Of a DNA stretch of 64,000 nucleotides, positions 39,056 through 52,600 are shown piece by piece. Made by a program: the position numbers and the translations under genes. This DNA comes from Chiloscyllium plagiosum (Eukaryota), in the NCBI RefSeq assembly GCF_004010195.1, contig NC_057719.1, positions 46,076,021-46,140,020 of the forward strand, given 5' to 3'. The notes beneath the pieces were generated by a model, which made no database searches, had not been told where the DNA came from, and saw only the letters and a list, made by a program, of their open reading frames with translations. Numbering within the stretch: position 1 is the first letter of the stretch; every line of letters starts with the position of its first letter.

Positions 39056-39845
39056 CTAATGAAACAAATCACAATGTTAACTTCAAAAGGAATGTATGTT
39101 ACCTAATATAAAATGTTTCAAACATTCACTTTCTCTTGGATTACAACATTTACCAAAAAAACTCTATTTAAACTATCTACCATGATCATGCTATATTCAT
39201 TTTTCTCCCCCACACTAAATAGAAAAGCTATAAGAGAAATCTCATTGGCATCAGAATCAGTGGACAATATATCTCCAGTATCATGTACAAATAAGTGATG
39301 TGTTACATTACTATTATAATGTATTTATTAAAGTTAACTTATCATTGTCTAATCATGTCACACGGCCACACAAGGGCAACCGCCGACCAAGGATTCAAAA
39401 GATACAGGCAGTAAACAAATGGTGCACAAGGTTGTTTTATTAGGCAGGCTGAATAAATCACGTTCTATGTTAATTACACAATTTTGTCATGAATCATGTT
39501 CATCAATTTTGGCAGCACATGATTAGGCTCAATGATTTATTTTGATGAAGTAAATCAAATTTCACTTCTATTACATGGGATTGAGAGGTTGTTCAGAGTG
39601 TTTAGGATTTTGTTTGGAGATTTTGTTTCATTGATATTTGCAATCAACGCACCTTTGTTATTTAGTCACTCAGGTAGTTCACCTGTAACGCATTTCACTT
39701 TGAAATGCTGAACAAAGAAAATTGTGGATTTGAGTAGAATGAAAAACATTTTGCTTAGAAATGTTTCTCATGGTGAATTTTTTCTCAACATTTCACTTGA
39801 AGTTCACTTTAATAAAAAATACATTAATATTCACATCAGTTTTTA

Positions 39846-42150
39846 ACCATAGAGATGTACAGCACAGAAACAGACCCTTTGGTCCAACCTGTCCATGCTG
39901 ACCAGATATCCCAACCCAATCTAGTCCCACCTGCCAGCACCCGGCCCATATCCCTCCAAAGCCTTCCTATTCATATACCCATCCAAATCCTCTTAAATGT
40001 TGCAATTGTACCAGCCTCCACCACTTCCTCTGGCAGCTCATTCCATACCTGCACCACCCTGTGTGAAAACCTTGTCCCTTAATATTCCAAAAGTGGCTTA
40101 ACCAATGGCCTGTACAGCCGCAACATGACCCCCTGTACTTAATACTCTGACCAATAAAAGAAAACATACCAAACGCCTTCTTCACTATCATATCTACCTG
40201 CGACTCCACTTTCAAGGAGCTATGAACCTGCACTCCAAGGTCTCTTTGTTCAGCAACACTCCCTAGGACCTTACCATTAAGTGTATAAGTCCTGCTAAGA
40301 TTTGCTTTCTNNNNNNNNNNNNNNNNNNNNNNNNNNNNNNNNNNNNNNNNNNNNNNNNNNNNNNNNNNNNNNNNNNNNNNNNNNNNNNNNNNNNNNNNNN
40401 NNNNNNNNNNNNNNNNNNNNNNNNNNNNNNNNNNNNNNNNNNNNNNNNNNNNNNNNNNNNNNNNNNNNNNNNNNNNNNNNNNNNNNNNNNNNNNNNNNNN
40501 NNNNNNNNNNNNNNNNNNNNNNNNNNNNNNNNNNNNNNNNNNNNNNNNNNNNNNNNNNNNNNNNNNNNNNNNNNNNNNNNNNNNNNNNNNNNNNNNNNNN
40601 NNNNNNNNNNNNNNNNNNNNNNNNNNNNNNNNNNNNNNNNNNNNNNNNNNNNNNNNNNNNNNNNNNNNNNNNNNNNNNNNNNNNNNNNNNNNNNNNNNNN
40701 NNNNNNNNNNNNNNNNNNNNNNNNNNNNNNNNNNNNNNNNNNNNNNNNNNNNNNNNNNNNNNNNNNNNNNNNNNNNNNNNNNNNNNNNNNNNNNNNNNNN
40801 NNNNNNNNNNNNNNNNNNNNNNNNNNNNNNNNNNNNNNNNNNNNNNNNNNNNNNNNNNNNNNNNNNNNNNNNNNNNNNNNNNNNNNNNNNNNNNNNNNNN
40901 NNNNNNNNNNNNNNNNNNNNNNNNNNNNNNNNNNNNNNNNNNNNNNNNNNNNNNNNNNNNNNNNNNNNNNNNNNNNNNNNNNNNNNNNNNNNNNNNNNNN
41001 NNNNNNNNNNNNNNNNNNNNNNNNNNNNNNNNNNNNNNNNNNNNNNNNNNNNNNNNNNNNNNNNNNNNNNNNNNNNNNNNNNNNNNNNNNNNNNNNNNNN
41101 NNNNNNNNNNNNNNNNNNNNNNNNNNNNNNNNNNNNNNNNNNNNNNNNNNNNNNNNNNNNNNNNNNNNNNNNNNNNNNNNNNNNNNNNNNNNNNNNNNNN
41201 NNNNNNNNNNNNNNNNNNNNNNNNCAGCAATCACTTCTCTAGCTTCCCACAGAGTTCTAGGGCACACCTGATCAGGTCCTGGAGATTTATCTATCTTTAT
41301 GCATTTCAAGACATCCAGCACTTCCTCCACTGTAATATGGACATTTTACAAGATGTCACCATCTATTTCCCTACAATCTATATCTTCCATATCCTTTTCC
41401 ACAGTAAATACTGATGTAAAATACTCATTTATTATCTCCCCCATTTTCTGCAGCTCCACACAAAGCCTGCCTTGCTGATCTTTGGGGCTCCCTATTCTCT
41501 CCCTAATTACCTTTTGTCCTTAATGTATTTGTAAAAACTCTTTGAATTCTCCTTAATTCTATTTGCCAAATCTATCTCATATCCCCTTTTTGCCATCCTG
41601 ATTTCCCTCTTACGTATACTCCTACTTCCTTCATACTCCTCTAAGGATTCACTCGATCTCTCCTGTCTATACCTTACATATGCTTCCTTCTTTTTCTTAA
41701 TTAAACCCTCAATTTCTTTAGTCATCCAGCATTCCCTATTCCTACCAGCCTTTCCTTTCACCCTAACAGGAATATACTTTCTCTGGATTCTCTTCATCTC
41801 ACTTCTGAAGGCTTCCCATTTTCCAGCCGCCCCTTTACCTGCGAACATCTGCCCCCAAGCAACATTCGAAAGTTCTTGCCTAATACCGTCAACATTGGCC
41901 TTTCTCCAATTTAGAACTTCAACTTTTAGATCTGGTCTATCCTTTTCCATCACTATTTTAAATCTAATAGAATTATGGTCGCTGGTCCCAAAGTGCTCCC
42001 CCACTGACACCTCAGTCACCTGCCCTACTTTATTTCGCAAGAGTAGGTCAAGTTCTGCCCCTTCTCTAGTAGGTACATCCACATACTGAATCAGAAAGTT
42101 TTCTTGTACATGCTTAACAAATTCCTCTCCATCTAAACCCTTAACACTAT
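39846..42150 (-). mobile_element. CR1 (HER1-like) LINE spanning the assembly gap
   Basis: ORF 41507..42082 PTREGAELDLLL..EHFGTSDHNSI (endonuclease end), IDKSPGPD, 3' tail at 39846-40070. Confidence 0.92.
40311..41224. other. Assembly gap (914 N)
   Basis: Run of n. Confidence 1.
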
Positions 42151-42411
42151 AAGTACGTACTTATCCAACATAGTCAACTTCTGACTAACCAAAACAATCA
42201 TAAATCACAAATTTGAAATCTTAACAGGAAATGAAAGTTAATTTGCAACTAGAAATTATTCTCAGAGCCTAATCAGATTTTAATAGGATTACAGTAAATG
42301 TGCATTTTCTTTCAAGATAAACATTCATATGAAAGAAGTGTAAATATCTTTCTTTGGAGTAAGTTCCATTTGGATTCTAAAAAAGGAGATAAATGTACGA
42401 TTAATACTTAC

Positions 42412-42518
42412 ATTATCACAGCGGAGCCAAATTTCATTCATCCCTTCTGCCACTGGTATCAGCAACTTGATGTTGAATTTTTGGCCAGATATGTTGACAT
42501 CGGGAGTCACCTCACAAC
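42412..42518 (-). CDS. FERMT2: Kindlin-2 coding exon, PH domain ([35 protein letters not shown])
   Basis: 107 nt, AG / GTAAGT flanks, phase 1/0; overlaps ORF 42325..42510. Confidence 0.97.
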
Positions 42519-42964
42519 CTGTTACATGAAGTTAAACCAAATATCACTTGTAGCTTCATGGTCAAGAGTATAAAGATGGCTTACTTTAGAAAAATTCAAC
42601 TTGTGGATTTAATACGGGGAGTTGGCAAATGATTCATCCATCAGTTTCGAACAAAATTCAAATGAATGCATGGAAATGCTTATCACCTAGTTTAGAATCA
42701 GATGTGAATAGTAATCAGGTCTTGGCATTCAGAAACACTCTTGTAGCTTATTTAAATGGCATTTATTCTTAATTTTGGACAGTAAATAAAATGATCCCAA
42801 ATATTGTTGCTCTGCTTCCATGGCTCTTCCTTGATAAGTTAAATGGAAACTAGTTCTGTTGCTAGTGAGCTACACTGTTGCTAAAGATAATAGCTACTTA
42901 TACAGGTACATTGTGACAGTGTTAAAAAAAACAGTAGAATTAGGAATAGAACAATTTTTTTTGG

Positions 42965-43383
42965 TTACTCAGTGTGGAAACAGGCCCTTCAGCCCAACAA
43001 GTCCACACCGACCCACTGAAGCGCAACCCACCCAGACACATTCCCCTACATTTACCCCTTCACCTAACACTACGGGCAATTTAGCATGGCCAATCCACCT
43101 AACCTGCACCTTTTTGTTTTGGACTGTGGGAGGAAACCGGAGTACCTGGAGGAAACCCACGCAGACACGGGGAGAATGTGCAAACTCCACACTGTCAGTC
43201 GCCTGAGGCGGGAATTGAACCTGGGTCTCTGGCGCTGTGAGGCAGCAGTGCTAACCACTGTGCCACCGTGCCGCCCACTCTCTGGCGCTGTGAGGCAGCA
43301 GTGCTAACCACTGTGCCACCGTGCTGCCCACACTCCGGCGCAGTGAGGCAGCAGTGCTAACCACTGTGCCACCGTGCTGCCCA
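42965..43383 (-). mobile_element. Young HE1/V-SINE-like SINE with triplicated 53-bp head
   Basis: Full SINE 42965-43277 plus two extra head copies 43278-43330 and 43331-43383. Confidence 0.9.
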
Positions 43384-43409
43384 CAATTATGTAGCACACT
43401 AACAGAAAT

Positions 43410-43752
43410 GAGTGGCACAGCGGCTCGGTGGGAAGCACTCCTGCCTCTCAGCACCAGAGACCCGGATTCGATTCCACCCTTGGGTGACTGTCTGAGTGGA
43501 GTTTGTATGCTCTCCCTGTGCCTGTGTGGTTTTCCGCCAGGTGCTCTGGTTTCCTCCCACAGTCCAAAGATGTGCAAGTTAGGTGGATTGGACATGCTAA
43601 ATTACTCAATGTTCAGAGATGTGTGGGTTAGATGCATTAGACATGAGAAATGCAGGGTTACAGCCATAGGGGAGGGATAGGTCTGGGTGGGATACTCTTC
43701 AGAGGGTCGGCGTGGGCCAAACGACCCGTTTCCATACTTTAGGGATTCTATG
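43410..43752 (+). mobile_element. HE1/V-SINE-like SINE
   Basis: Head, body and tail as other copies; head-to-head with 42965-43383. Confidence 0.85.
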
Positions 43753-43981
43753 GCATGACTCACATGCCAAGACATTTCTTCGAATTGCAAGGATAGGATA
43801 AACATAGGTACAAAGAAAGTATTGGAAACTATGCCTAAAAATGTAGGACAGGAGGGAACTGTCAAAAAAGATGAGACGATTTTGCAACAAATAGTTAGTT
43901 ATTAGTGGAAGTATGCTTTTGTACATTCACCAGCAGATACTAAATACCATTGCATTTTGGTACAATAAAAGTAGGTCTTAC

Positions 43982-44106
43982 CTCGCAAGTTCATCTGATG
44001 AGCTGGAGGTCCATGGGATTCATCTTTGCTTTTGTAGCATGAAATGGATGTGTCTTTAAATGTGCACCAATATGGCTTGTAACCTTTGAGTGTTAATTTC
44101 TTTGGT
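43982..44106 (-). CDS. FERMT2: Kindlin-2 coding exon, PH domain ([42 protein letters not shown])
   Basis: 125 nt, TGTAG acceptor, GTAAG donor, phase 2/1. Confidence 0.96.
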
Positions 44107-44718
44107 CTACAGAAGGCAAAGAAGAATTATTTATAACGAGTCACTTGTAGGTCAACAGAAGTTTAAGAATTCGCAGGATGATCTTAAAACTTCCAGCTGA
44201 CAATGTACTGACCCCATGTTCCAGTTAAATAGTCAGCATTCTTGCAAATAATTTGATGCAACATCAAAATAAATTCTCAATCTTCTTCGCTAGGAAAGGA
44301 ACATACAGTCACCACCACCCTCTTCCTCTGATTAAATGGATTATTTAAAGTGATTAATTTATCTTTATGGGAAAGTTTTTCATTTTTCCATTTGTTTTAA
44401 ACTTTACCATAAAGAAAAATAAATGCTAAAACTGCAATATATTCTTGTACTTCATAGATATCTGCAAAGGGCATTAGGATTGTGAATAATGTAGATGAGT
44501 TTAGATTTCAAATGCAAACAGTGAACTTGCTACTCAGCACTGAGAAATTGGTCCCCTGAGAACGGAGGTTAAGACTGTACTACACTCTCGTTAAAAAAAA
44601 CAGCTAGCTATTGGAAACTCATCATGCTGTAAAGTGAGATTTGCAATAAATTTAACTGCTTAGGAGGGAATATGAGAAACAGAAATAATAGATTTTAACT
44701 CAACATGTGAGCAAGGCA

Positions 44719-44924
44719 CAAAAACAGAAATAGCTGGAGAAGCTCAGCAGGTCTGGCAGTACCTGTGGACAGAAAGCAGAGTTAATGTTTCAGGTTGAAT
44801 GACCGTTCCTCAGAACTGTTTCACTTTGATCTCTCTCCACATATGCTGCCAGACCTGTTGAGGTTTTCCAGCTATTTCTGTTTTTGTTTCTGATTTATAG
44901 CATCCACAATTCTTTCAGTTTTTG
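44719..44924. mobile_element. PLE-derived hairpin element (older family)
   Basis: CAAAAACAGAAATAGCTGGA...CAGGTCTGGCAG vs CTGCCAGACCTG...TCCAGCTATTTCTGTTTTTG; near-TSD TGTGA(G/A)CAA(G/A)GCA. Confidence 0.65.
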
Positions 44925-47223
44925 TGTGAACAAAGCATGCCAGGGTGGAGGTTTTGACAATTGACAAGCCATTCCCACTGGTTCTGATTTTCATTCTGGA
45001 GTTACTTTCATTGATTCAAGCATTCATCTGGAGGTAAGTCAGTACCTCAGGAATGGTTGTGAATTAGAATCCTGCGACATTACTAGGGCCATGATGCTAT
45101 TTGACTTTTGTTGCTCAGAATTTCTAGCCAACAGTCAATCCAGTTGACAAAACCTTGGAGTTGTGTATTTGACAACATGCAACACTGGAAGCATTCCATT
45201 TATTAGAGGTTATGTGCTATTATGCATCATGGCCCTAAAGCATTTTTCAGATCGGAGATTGCTTTTGTCATTTTTTTGCCTTGCTCATCCTGAATAAATT
45301 TTCACAATGTCATTGATGTGTTGTTACTTCGGAAAAATGGTTGGGCAAAGCAGAGCACTACCAGTAACACCTACATATTACTTTCAATGTAGAAAACTGT
45401 AGCTTCACAATAATATTATGTGACACCAGCCATATAAAGTAATAGCAGTTCAGATGGTTTACTCTTGTTCAAAGAGACTGCTTTTAATAAGCACTTTAAA
45501 AGAAAAGTAGTTGTGGAGAAATGGAGAGTCGTTGACAGGGAATTTCAGAGGTAGAGGTTCTGAAGACACACCTACCATTGGTGAAGTGATTAAAAGTGGG
45601 AATGTGCAAGAATAGGAGAAATTCAGGGATCTTGAATGGTTGTACAAATGGAAAAAGGTTATAGAAGAGAATTTTAAAATTGAGGCACTGCTCAACAAGG
45701 AGCCAGTATAGGTCAGTGACCAGCCAGTGAACATTGTTTAGTTTGGTTACTGGCAATAGTTTTAAATGAGCTTCAGTTTATAGAGATTGGAACAAAGTGA
45801 ATATACAGTGTGTGAATCTGAGAGAAGACATGTAATGACTTTACTATAGATAGCCTTACACAGTTGAAAGAACCTGTACATTCAGCGTCAAAGTCCTGGA
45901 TATTAGCAAGGTTATGCTTCATTCAGTGGAATGTCACTGAACTCCGCAGCATTCTGCGATAAGACCTGCTGTTTGCTGGATCAGGTGACTATGCTTTTCC
46001 ATTAGCTGTCAAAGTTACTAACCACATGTAATATATATATGCTGCCCAAAACACAGTACATCTCCCACATTCCCAGCATGCAATGTGCAACTGTATGAAG
46101 CTAGTCACCAATGCCCTACTTTCCACAGTCAACAAACAGATCACCTTTCCCATAGATACCAACACTTATATAGACTGCACTGATTTAGCCCTGAAGGCAC
46201 CAGCCGCTTTCATCAACAGCAAAAAGCCATCATTCAATTAGCTTATGTGTGATCACTGTAGAAAGATCAAATCAGTGCTGGTTTCAAAAGCAGCTGTCAA
46301 GATTCCCTTCACCCTGCAACATTCCTATTATTTCAACTTTCCAGTAATGTAGGGGATTACTTCGGGGGACACAGCCGACAACAACTCACTGCAACCTCAT
46401 CATGCTGAAACAGTTCAGATAGAAAACTCAGTGCCACAGGGCTGCAAAATAATGGAACATATTACAGTGCTTTGGAAAAGGTTACACGCCACGATACATC
46501 AGAGAACTCTTACATTATATCTATCAACGTGATGGGTGCAGGCTTAAAAGCTATGAAATGATTGTGCTGACCGAAGGGCCAAATGAGACAAGGGTAATTA
46601 CTGCCAAACACGATAATGGCTTTGAATTCATTATTCATCCAGCACCATTCACAATGCCTTTCCTAAAAAATGTTTACTAACTTCACTACCCCTAAAAGAG
46701 TTACTTCTCGATTAGTTTCAACAAAGTTGGTAAAAGGCTCCTGCTGCTTAAAATACACTTATAAACAGCAATTTCTTGAGGCTTGAATCAGATGAGATAC
46801 AAAAACATCAGATCAGGTTTATTCATAGTTTAAAACTGAGCAGAATAAGTTTCAACTTCAAAGCAAAAGCACTTGTAGTAGCAGCACAGTCGCTTCTCAA
46901 ACAAAAGGATGACATTTGTTTAAGCAAAGAAAATTTACTGATTATAGCACACATTTCACACAATTATAGCTAAATCAAAATAAAACATATATCCCACCAG
47001 CCTAACATTCTATAAGTCTTATCTGTTTGCCAGCTCAAGAGAAAAAAATACTTGCTTCTAATTTTATAAAGAAACACTCTCAAAAGGGTTACATTGGTCA
47101 AAATGGGCAGACAGGATTTAATTGTAGAAACATTACCCCCAAGAAAGTGAAACAAAAAAAAGTGAACAGAATAGTGGATAAGGGAGGAGTTAGCTTGGAA
47201 AATGTGAACAAACAAAATCTTAC

Positions 47224-47273
47224 TTGAACACTTTAATATGGTCAGCCAATTCAGGAATAGAGGTGATATCACC
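47224..47273 (-). CDS. FERMT2: Kindlin-2 coding exon (GDITSIPELADHIKVF-K)
   Basis: 50 nt, AG/GT flanks, phase 0/2; joins next exon as AA+A = Lys. Confidence 0.95.
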
Positions 47274-47695
47274 CTAAAACGGGAATAAATTCTCAGTTAA
47301 TCGTCCAATTTGATAGTATGATAATATTCATTATTTAGTACTTTAAAAAAAACAAATGCAATTCACTATTGTATTTGCGTTGGTTATTAACAGAATATGA
47401 CAAATACTTCTGGGTTTAAAAGACAAAGGACACAAGTATTAACAAAGGAAGGAGTAGAAGATAGACAAAGTAACAATGCTGCTGCAGGACACATCAAGAA
47501 CTCAAACAGGACTACTGCATTTGAGTAAATTCACAACATCCCTTAAAGTTTATTCCGACAATGAGCACAAACGACTCCACTGACTGTCAATGTGCTGGAT
47601 ATTTCTAGGTACCGGACAGTAATCCAATCATAGTGGTTGAGTTACAGATTTGTTCACTGAATCACAAGCTAAAAATTACATATGATTTCACATAC

Positions 47696-47830
47696 CAGAA
47701 TGGTTGATGTTTTGCCACCTTCCAAAGTAATTTCCAAATCTGATAGGGCTGCATCTACTTCATCCACTTCTTTTTCACTGTTGTTCATATGGTGATCAGA
47801 AGACATAATGGACAATTTGTTGATATGGTA
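47696..47830 (-). CDS. FERMT2: Kindlin-2 coding exon (YHINKLSIMSSDHHMNNSEKEVDEVDAALSDLEITLEGGKTSTIL), most 5' exon seen in window
   Basis: 135 nt, AG acceptor at 47831-47832, GT donor at 47694-47695, phase 0/0; manual translation closely matches remembered human kindlin-2 F2 region. Confidence 0.96.
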
Positions 47831-48368
47831 CTGGGGAAAACAAAACACTTAATTTGGTATATGTTCTGAAACTAAGCAACTTATTACTTGTTAAAACAAA
47901 ACCCTCATTTTATTTCATTACGTAGTATACAGGCTTTTGGCCAAATTATTTAGAGAAAGGGCATTTTGGTCATTTCCTTCATCAAGAGGCAGAATTTCAT
48001 ATATTTTTGTAGTATTTGAAACTTTTGATGTAGATTATCAGTTTAACTGCTTATCAAAAATAATCATCCTCAGCCAGACGACGGCTTTGACTCAGATGTA
48101 GCATTCTTGGTGTATTGTGTCTATCTAACTACATTAAAACAGTGATTAGACTTTAAAATATACTTAATAAAGTTCAGGAGAAATTTAGCAGATCAGGCAA
48201 CATTGTGGAGAGAAAGAGTGATAAATGTTTCAAGGCCAACATGACTCTACTTGAGAATTCACTCAAATAATTAGTTAGTTCTGTTAATGAATACAAAGTT
48301 GAAGCTACAGACAGATCAGCCAGGATCATGTTAAATGGTAGAGCAGGTTGTGAGACCAAATTACCCAT

Positions 48369-48663
48369 TAGATTAGATTCCCTACTGTGTGGAAACAGTC
48401 CCTTTGGCCCAACAAGTCCACACCGACCCTCTGAAGAGTAACCCCCTCCCCACCCCCCGACTAATGCACCTAACAACTATGGACAATTTAGCATGGCCAA
48501 TTCACCTAACCTGCACATCTTTGGAATGTGGGAGGAAAATAGGAGTACCCAAAGGAAACACACGCAGACACGGGAAGAACGTGCAAACTCCACACAGTCG
48601 CCCGAGGCTGGGACCCTGGCGCTGTGAGGCAGCAGTGCTAACCACTGAGCCACCATGCTGCCC
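48369..48663 (-). mobile_element. HE1/V-SINE-like SINE
   Basis: Same family motifs, (TAATC)n tail. Confidence 0.85.
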
Positions 48664-49524
48664 CCTTTCTCCTTTAACTCATATTTTTGTATGCATGAAT
48701 GCATGCAAGATCTGGACTACACTGCTTACATGTCAACATAGCAAATAGTTATGCTAATGATTAGGGTAGATGATTAATTGCCTGGCAGTTATAAACAGGA
48801 AAATGTGGGGCTCTTGAGGCATAGTGATAATGTGCCTATCTCTGAACTAGGAGAATGAGATTCAAGTCTCACCTGCTCCAGAGGTGTGCAATTAACATCT
48901 CTGAACTGGTTTATCAGAAAATATGTAAGACTGATTAATAAACAATCCACAAACAAGGATAATTTCTGTTTCCCCAAATGGCTTGGATCAGAGTTGACAT
49001 TGGTAACAGGAAGGTTGCCAAGAGGTGAATATTGAAAACTAGGAGTTTGTTTCAGACAGGTGGTTGCAATCTGAGTTAGTTTTGGAAAGAATGGCTGAAA
49101 CCAACTATGACATTTCTGAATATGATTCCCACCAATGTTCTGTGAAGTGGACTTTGTGATCAATAGAAGAATGAAGCAGACACACACACAAAAAAGTGGT
49201 TTGTCAAAGGAAAGAAACAAGATATTTCTGATTAGAAACAGGCTTAGGTGTAAAATATTCTGAGCTGGAGGCTCAAAACTTGAATACGTAGGTGGTTTGT
49301 ATGATTTATTAAAAGTTATATGCAAATTTTATAAGTAGGGGGACTTGCTAAATGAATACAAGTCTTGGTCAGACGTTCTGATAAATATAGGAAGCCAAGT
49401 GGCTATTCCAAAAATGAAAATTCAACACAATTTAACAGACAATACTCAAGTTTGAAAAAAGTTCTATTCGGAGATTTCTGACTCAATGGTTGCCTTTAAA
49501 TTGTTGAACTATATTAGAATGTCA

Positions 49525-49679
49525 TAGGGGAGAAAGTGAGGACTACAGATGCTGGAGATCAGAGCTGAAAATGTGTTGCTGGAAAAGCGCAGGAAGAAGG
49601 GCTTATGCCTGAAACGTCGATTCTCCTGTTCCTTGGATGCTGCCTGACCTGCTGCGCTTTTCCAGCAACACATTTTCAG
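49525..49679. mobile_element. PLE-derived hairpin insertion
   Basis: 30-bp IR 49563-49592 / 49652-49681; 16-bp TSD CTATATTAGAATGTCA at 49509-49524 and 49680-49695. Confidence 0.85.
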
Positions 49680-52600
49680 CTATATTAGAATGTCAAACAT
49701 GGACAGACACCAGTATTAAATGTTGAAAACCTATAGTTCTTCCTCAATTTCAGAAACTTTCCTTTCATGATTTCCTGCTTCCTTCATCTCCATTTGAAGA
49801 GATCCGAAATCTGGTTTTGTTTCCGTGTAGTTTTCTCCAGTTTTGCTTTTAATTCAACAATTTCAAGTTAAATCACTTGCTGCATGGCTTTTTGCAATCC
49901 TTTACATGTAATCCTGCTCTAGTTTCTAATGGACGACGGTCAATTCTCCTGCATTTACATGACCTCGTTTGACAATAAACAGTATTTTTAACTGTCAGCT
50001 GAGGAGGAATTTGTTCTTCTCAAACCCAACCTATTGATTCAATCATGTCAGATGCCTTTATGTTCTTTTGCATCACTTTTGTTACCATCTAGAGTCCACT
50101 ACGACACTCACTGTCTTTTCCCCCCCTGCCTTATTCTGTCTCTTAAGGCACTTGCCTGACATTAACATATTTGATGTCATCTTTTTACCTCCAGAGTTAT
50201 TATTGCTCTTTATTTTCTTGGAAAAAATGTTGACTTTGAGCTGCAAGAGGACTAGATTTTAAGAAACATGCTTTTGGAATACATGTCAAAGGTCTTAAAA
50301 ACAATGCTGGGAAAACATTCATTCCCAGTAGTATTTGTGGCTCAAAAGGGACATTCAGCAGTAACAAAAAATTAGAGGATGCAATGGCACAGCAATGCAA
50401 GACCATCCAAAAGCAGGCCTTTACGCACTGTTTTACTGCTAAGACTTAAAAAAAAATGAAGGCCTCAACATAATCAGCACCTCTTTTAAAACCAAAAGTT
50501 AAAATAGTTATTTAGCAACCGTATCTGTCAATACATGTAGTACTATATCCATTTCTAACCAGAGCAAATATTTACAAGCACACAATTAGGAATCAGTTCC
50601 TTTTTAAAAATGTATTTACATCATGTAATCCTAGGACTATAGTCCAGTGTGATATATACAGGCCTACATTGTTCACTTTATAAAATCCCTGGAGAAGTAT
50701 ATCATATTGTCAAAGAAAATATTAAGCTAAATGTTCCGGGCATTCAGGTTTGTTAACCCTTTGAAGGTAGAAGGAGCTAAGATTGGTCAGTGAAAGTAAG
50801 GTGGGGATAGAGTAGGGAAAGCAATATATTACATATATTACAACATAAATTGATGCATATATTTATATGATAATGAAAAACCGAATCCATTTATTTTGGT
50901 TCTGCAAGCACAGTCCAGTACTGTAAAAACAGCTTTGCAATGATAATTCACACCTCAACTTCCTAATCTAAAAGTATAATAATACTGCCACAAGCAACTG
51001 AGGCCTTTTCCACTTTTTAGCAACATGAAAAAAACGACAGTACAATTCCTTTGTACTCACTTTACCTCATTGAAGTTCACAAAAAGAAAATTGAATGATC
51101 TTTATTAGTCGTCTGTACCTGTTCCAAAGTGACTGAAAATGACTGACATTTTTGCTTCCCTGTATTAATAAAAAGTTCTTTCTTTCATCCCATGAAAGGT
51201 ATGCAACCGAAGAATGAGCATGTCTTTTCATGTTCTCATGCTGAATGACCTACTACAGATTCTGGCATTTTCTATTTGAATCTTCTGAATCCAGATGAAA
51301 ATGGTACCAGCCTTGCACATAACTCCAGTGCATTGTTAAGCCAGTACAAAAAAGTACTGAAGCACTGAACTAAAGCTTAATTAAAGGATTGAAGGAATGT
51401 AGTTCCATGCTTTAGATAGTGGAGAAATCTAAAAGCATATACTTCAGGAGAAATTTAGAAGAGCAGAGGTTTTCACATAGAAAAATAACTGCATCACCAA
51501 TAAACAGTAGCGAGGATAATAAATTTGACTGACACAGATATTCATTTTCATTTGAGATTACAACCGAACATATCAAAAACATGATTTAAACATCAAGTGG
51601 AATTTCATGCTTTCCCAGCGTATCATCAGATGGGAGGATGCGGTGAAGATTATAACACCTTCCCAACTCTCTGCAATTTATTTCAGGTGGGAAAGGTCAA
51701 GGATGGCCTTCCAACTTGAAGGCAAATTGAGGCCATCAAAGTACCACTCAAAGGCAAGTGTGCCTCTGATCTGTTGGGGTAAGGTGGGATGGGAGTGGGG
51801 GTCACTCTCTCAGCTTTTGCACCACCAGATCCACCATGGGCAAGGACGGGTTCTGCAGAAAGTCATACCCCTGTCCTTCACAACAAAGCCTCCTGACTAA
51901 CTCTTCTGAAGCCCTAACAATACCCAGTGATTTATCTACCCCTAACCCCACTAACCCACTTTGCCAAGATTTTCCAGATAGGATGGTCATTGGTGGGCCT
52001 CTTTCAGTATCAGCAGTGACCACCATTTCGGATTTGTTGCAGCTTTGAGATGAGACATCTCCCATGTACAGAAAGGGAGACATCTCCCATGATGAAGCCT
52101 CTATGGAAGCAGGAACACAAACAGAGGCCATTGGGCTATCTGACTTAGAATTATCCCTAATGGGGTTCCCAGAAATAGCTAGAATAGGGTTGACACCAGC
52201 TGATGACCATTAAACTCTCACCCAACTTTGCTGATACACATAGAACTGGATTATAAACCAAAGGGCAGGTTCTTTAAATGCCAAGGGAGAGCCCAACTCA
52301 GTGATTCACCACAGCGGAAATTGACTAGTGGGCCCTTAGTTGTTACTAGGCAAGACCGCTGTACATTTCCAAGATGATTTTCTCCTTCAGGGAGCTGCTG
52401 GGCAGAGGCTAACAACACCAAGGTTACAGGGCCTCCAGGAGCAGCAGCCAATTCCAGGATGATGGTCCCAGAGATAGAGGAAAGACAGCAGCAGTGGGGC
52501 ATCTGAATGGCACCAGGGACCCAGAAAAGAGACACCCCCAATGCCCTCAATGGCCAGCAGGTGCAAGGAGAGACTGCCAGGCAGTTTGTTGGGTGCAGGC

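Noticed and set aside
40263..41414. Three long ORFs of 311-370 aa
   Set aside because: Artefacts of translating the N gap; flanks are CR1 sequence
43226..43383. CRISPR-like or tRNA gene array
   Set aside because: Contiguous tandem copies without unique spacers; partial SINE heads, not complete cloverleafs; eukaryotic context
48789..49325. 178-aa minus-strand ORF
   Set aside because: No recognisable motifs and ends in a SINE-like head fragment; likely a chance ORF
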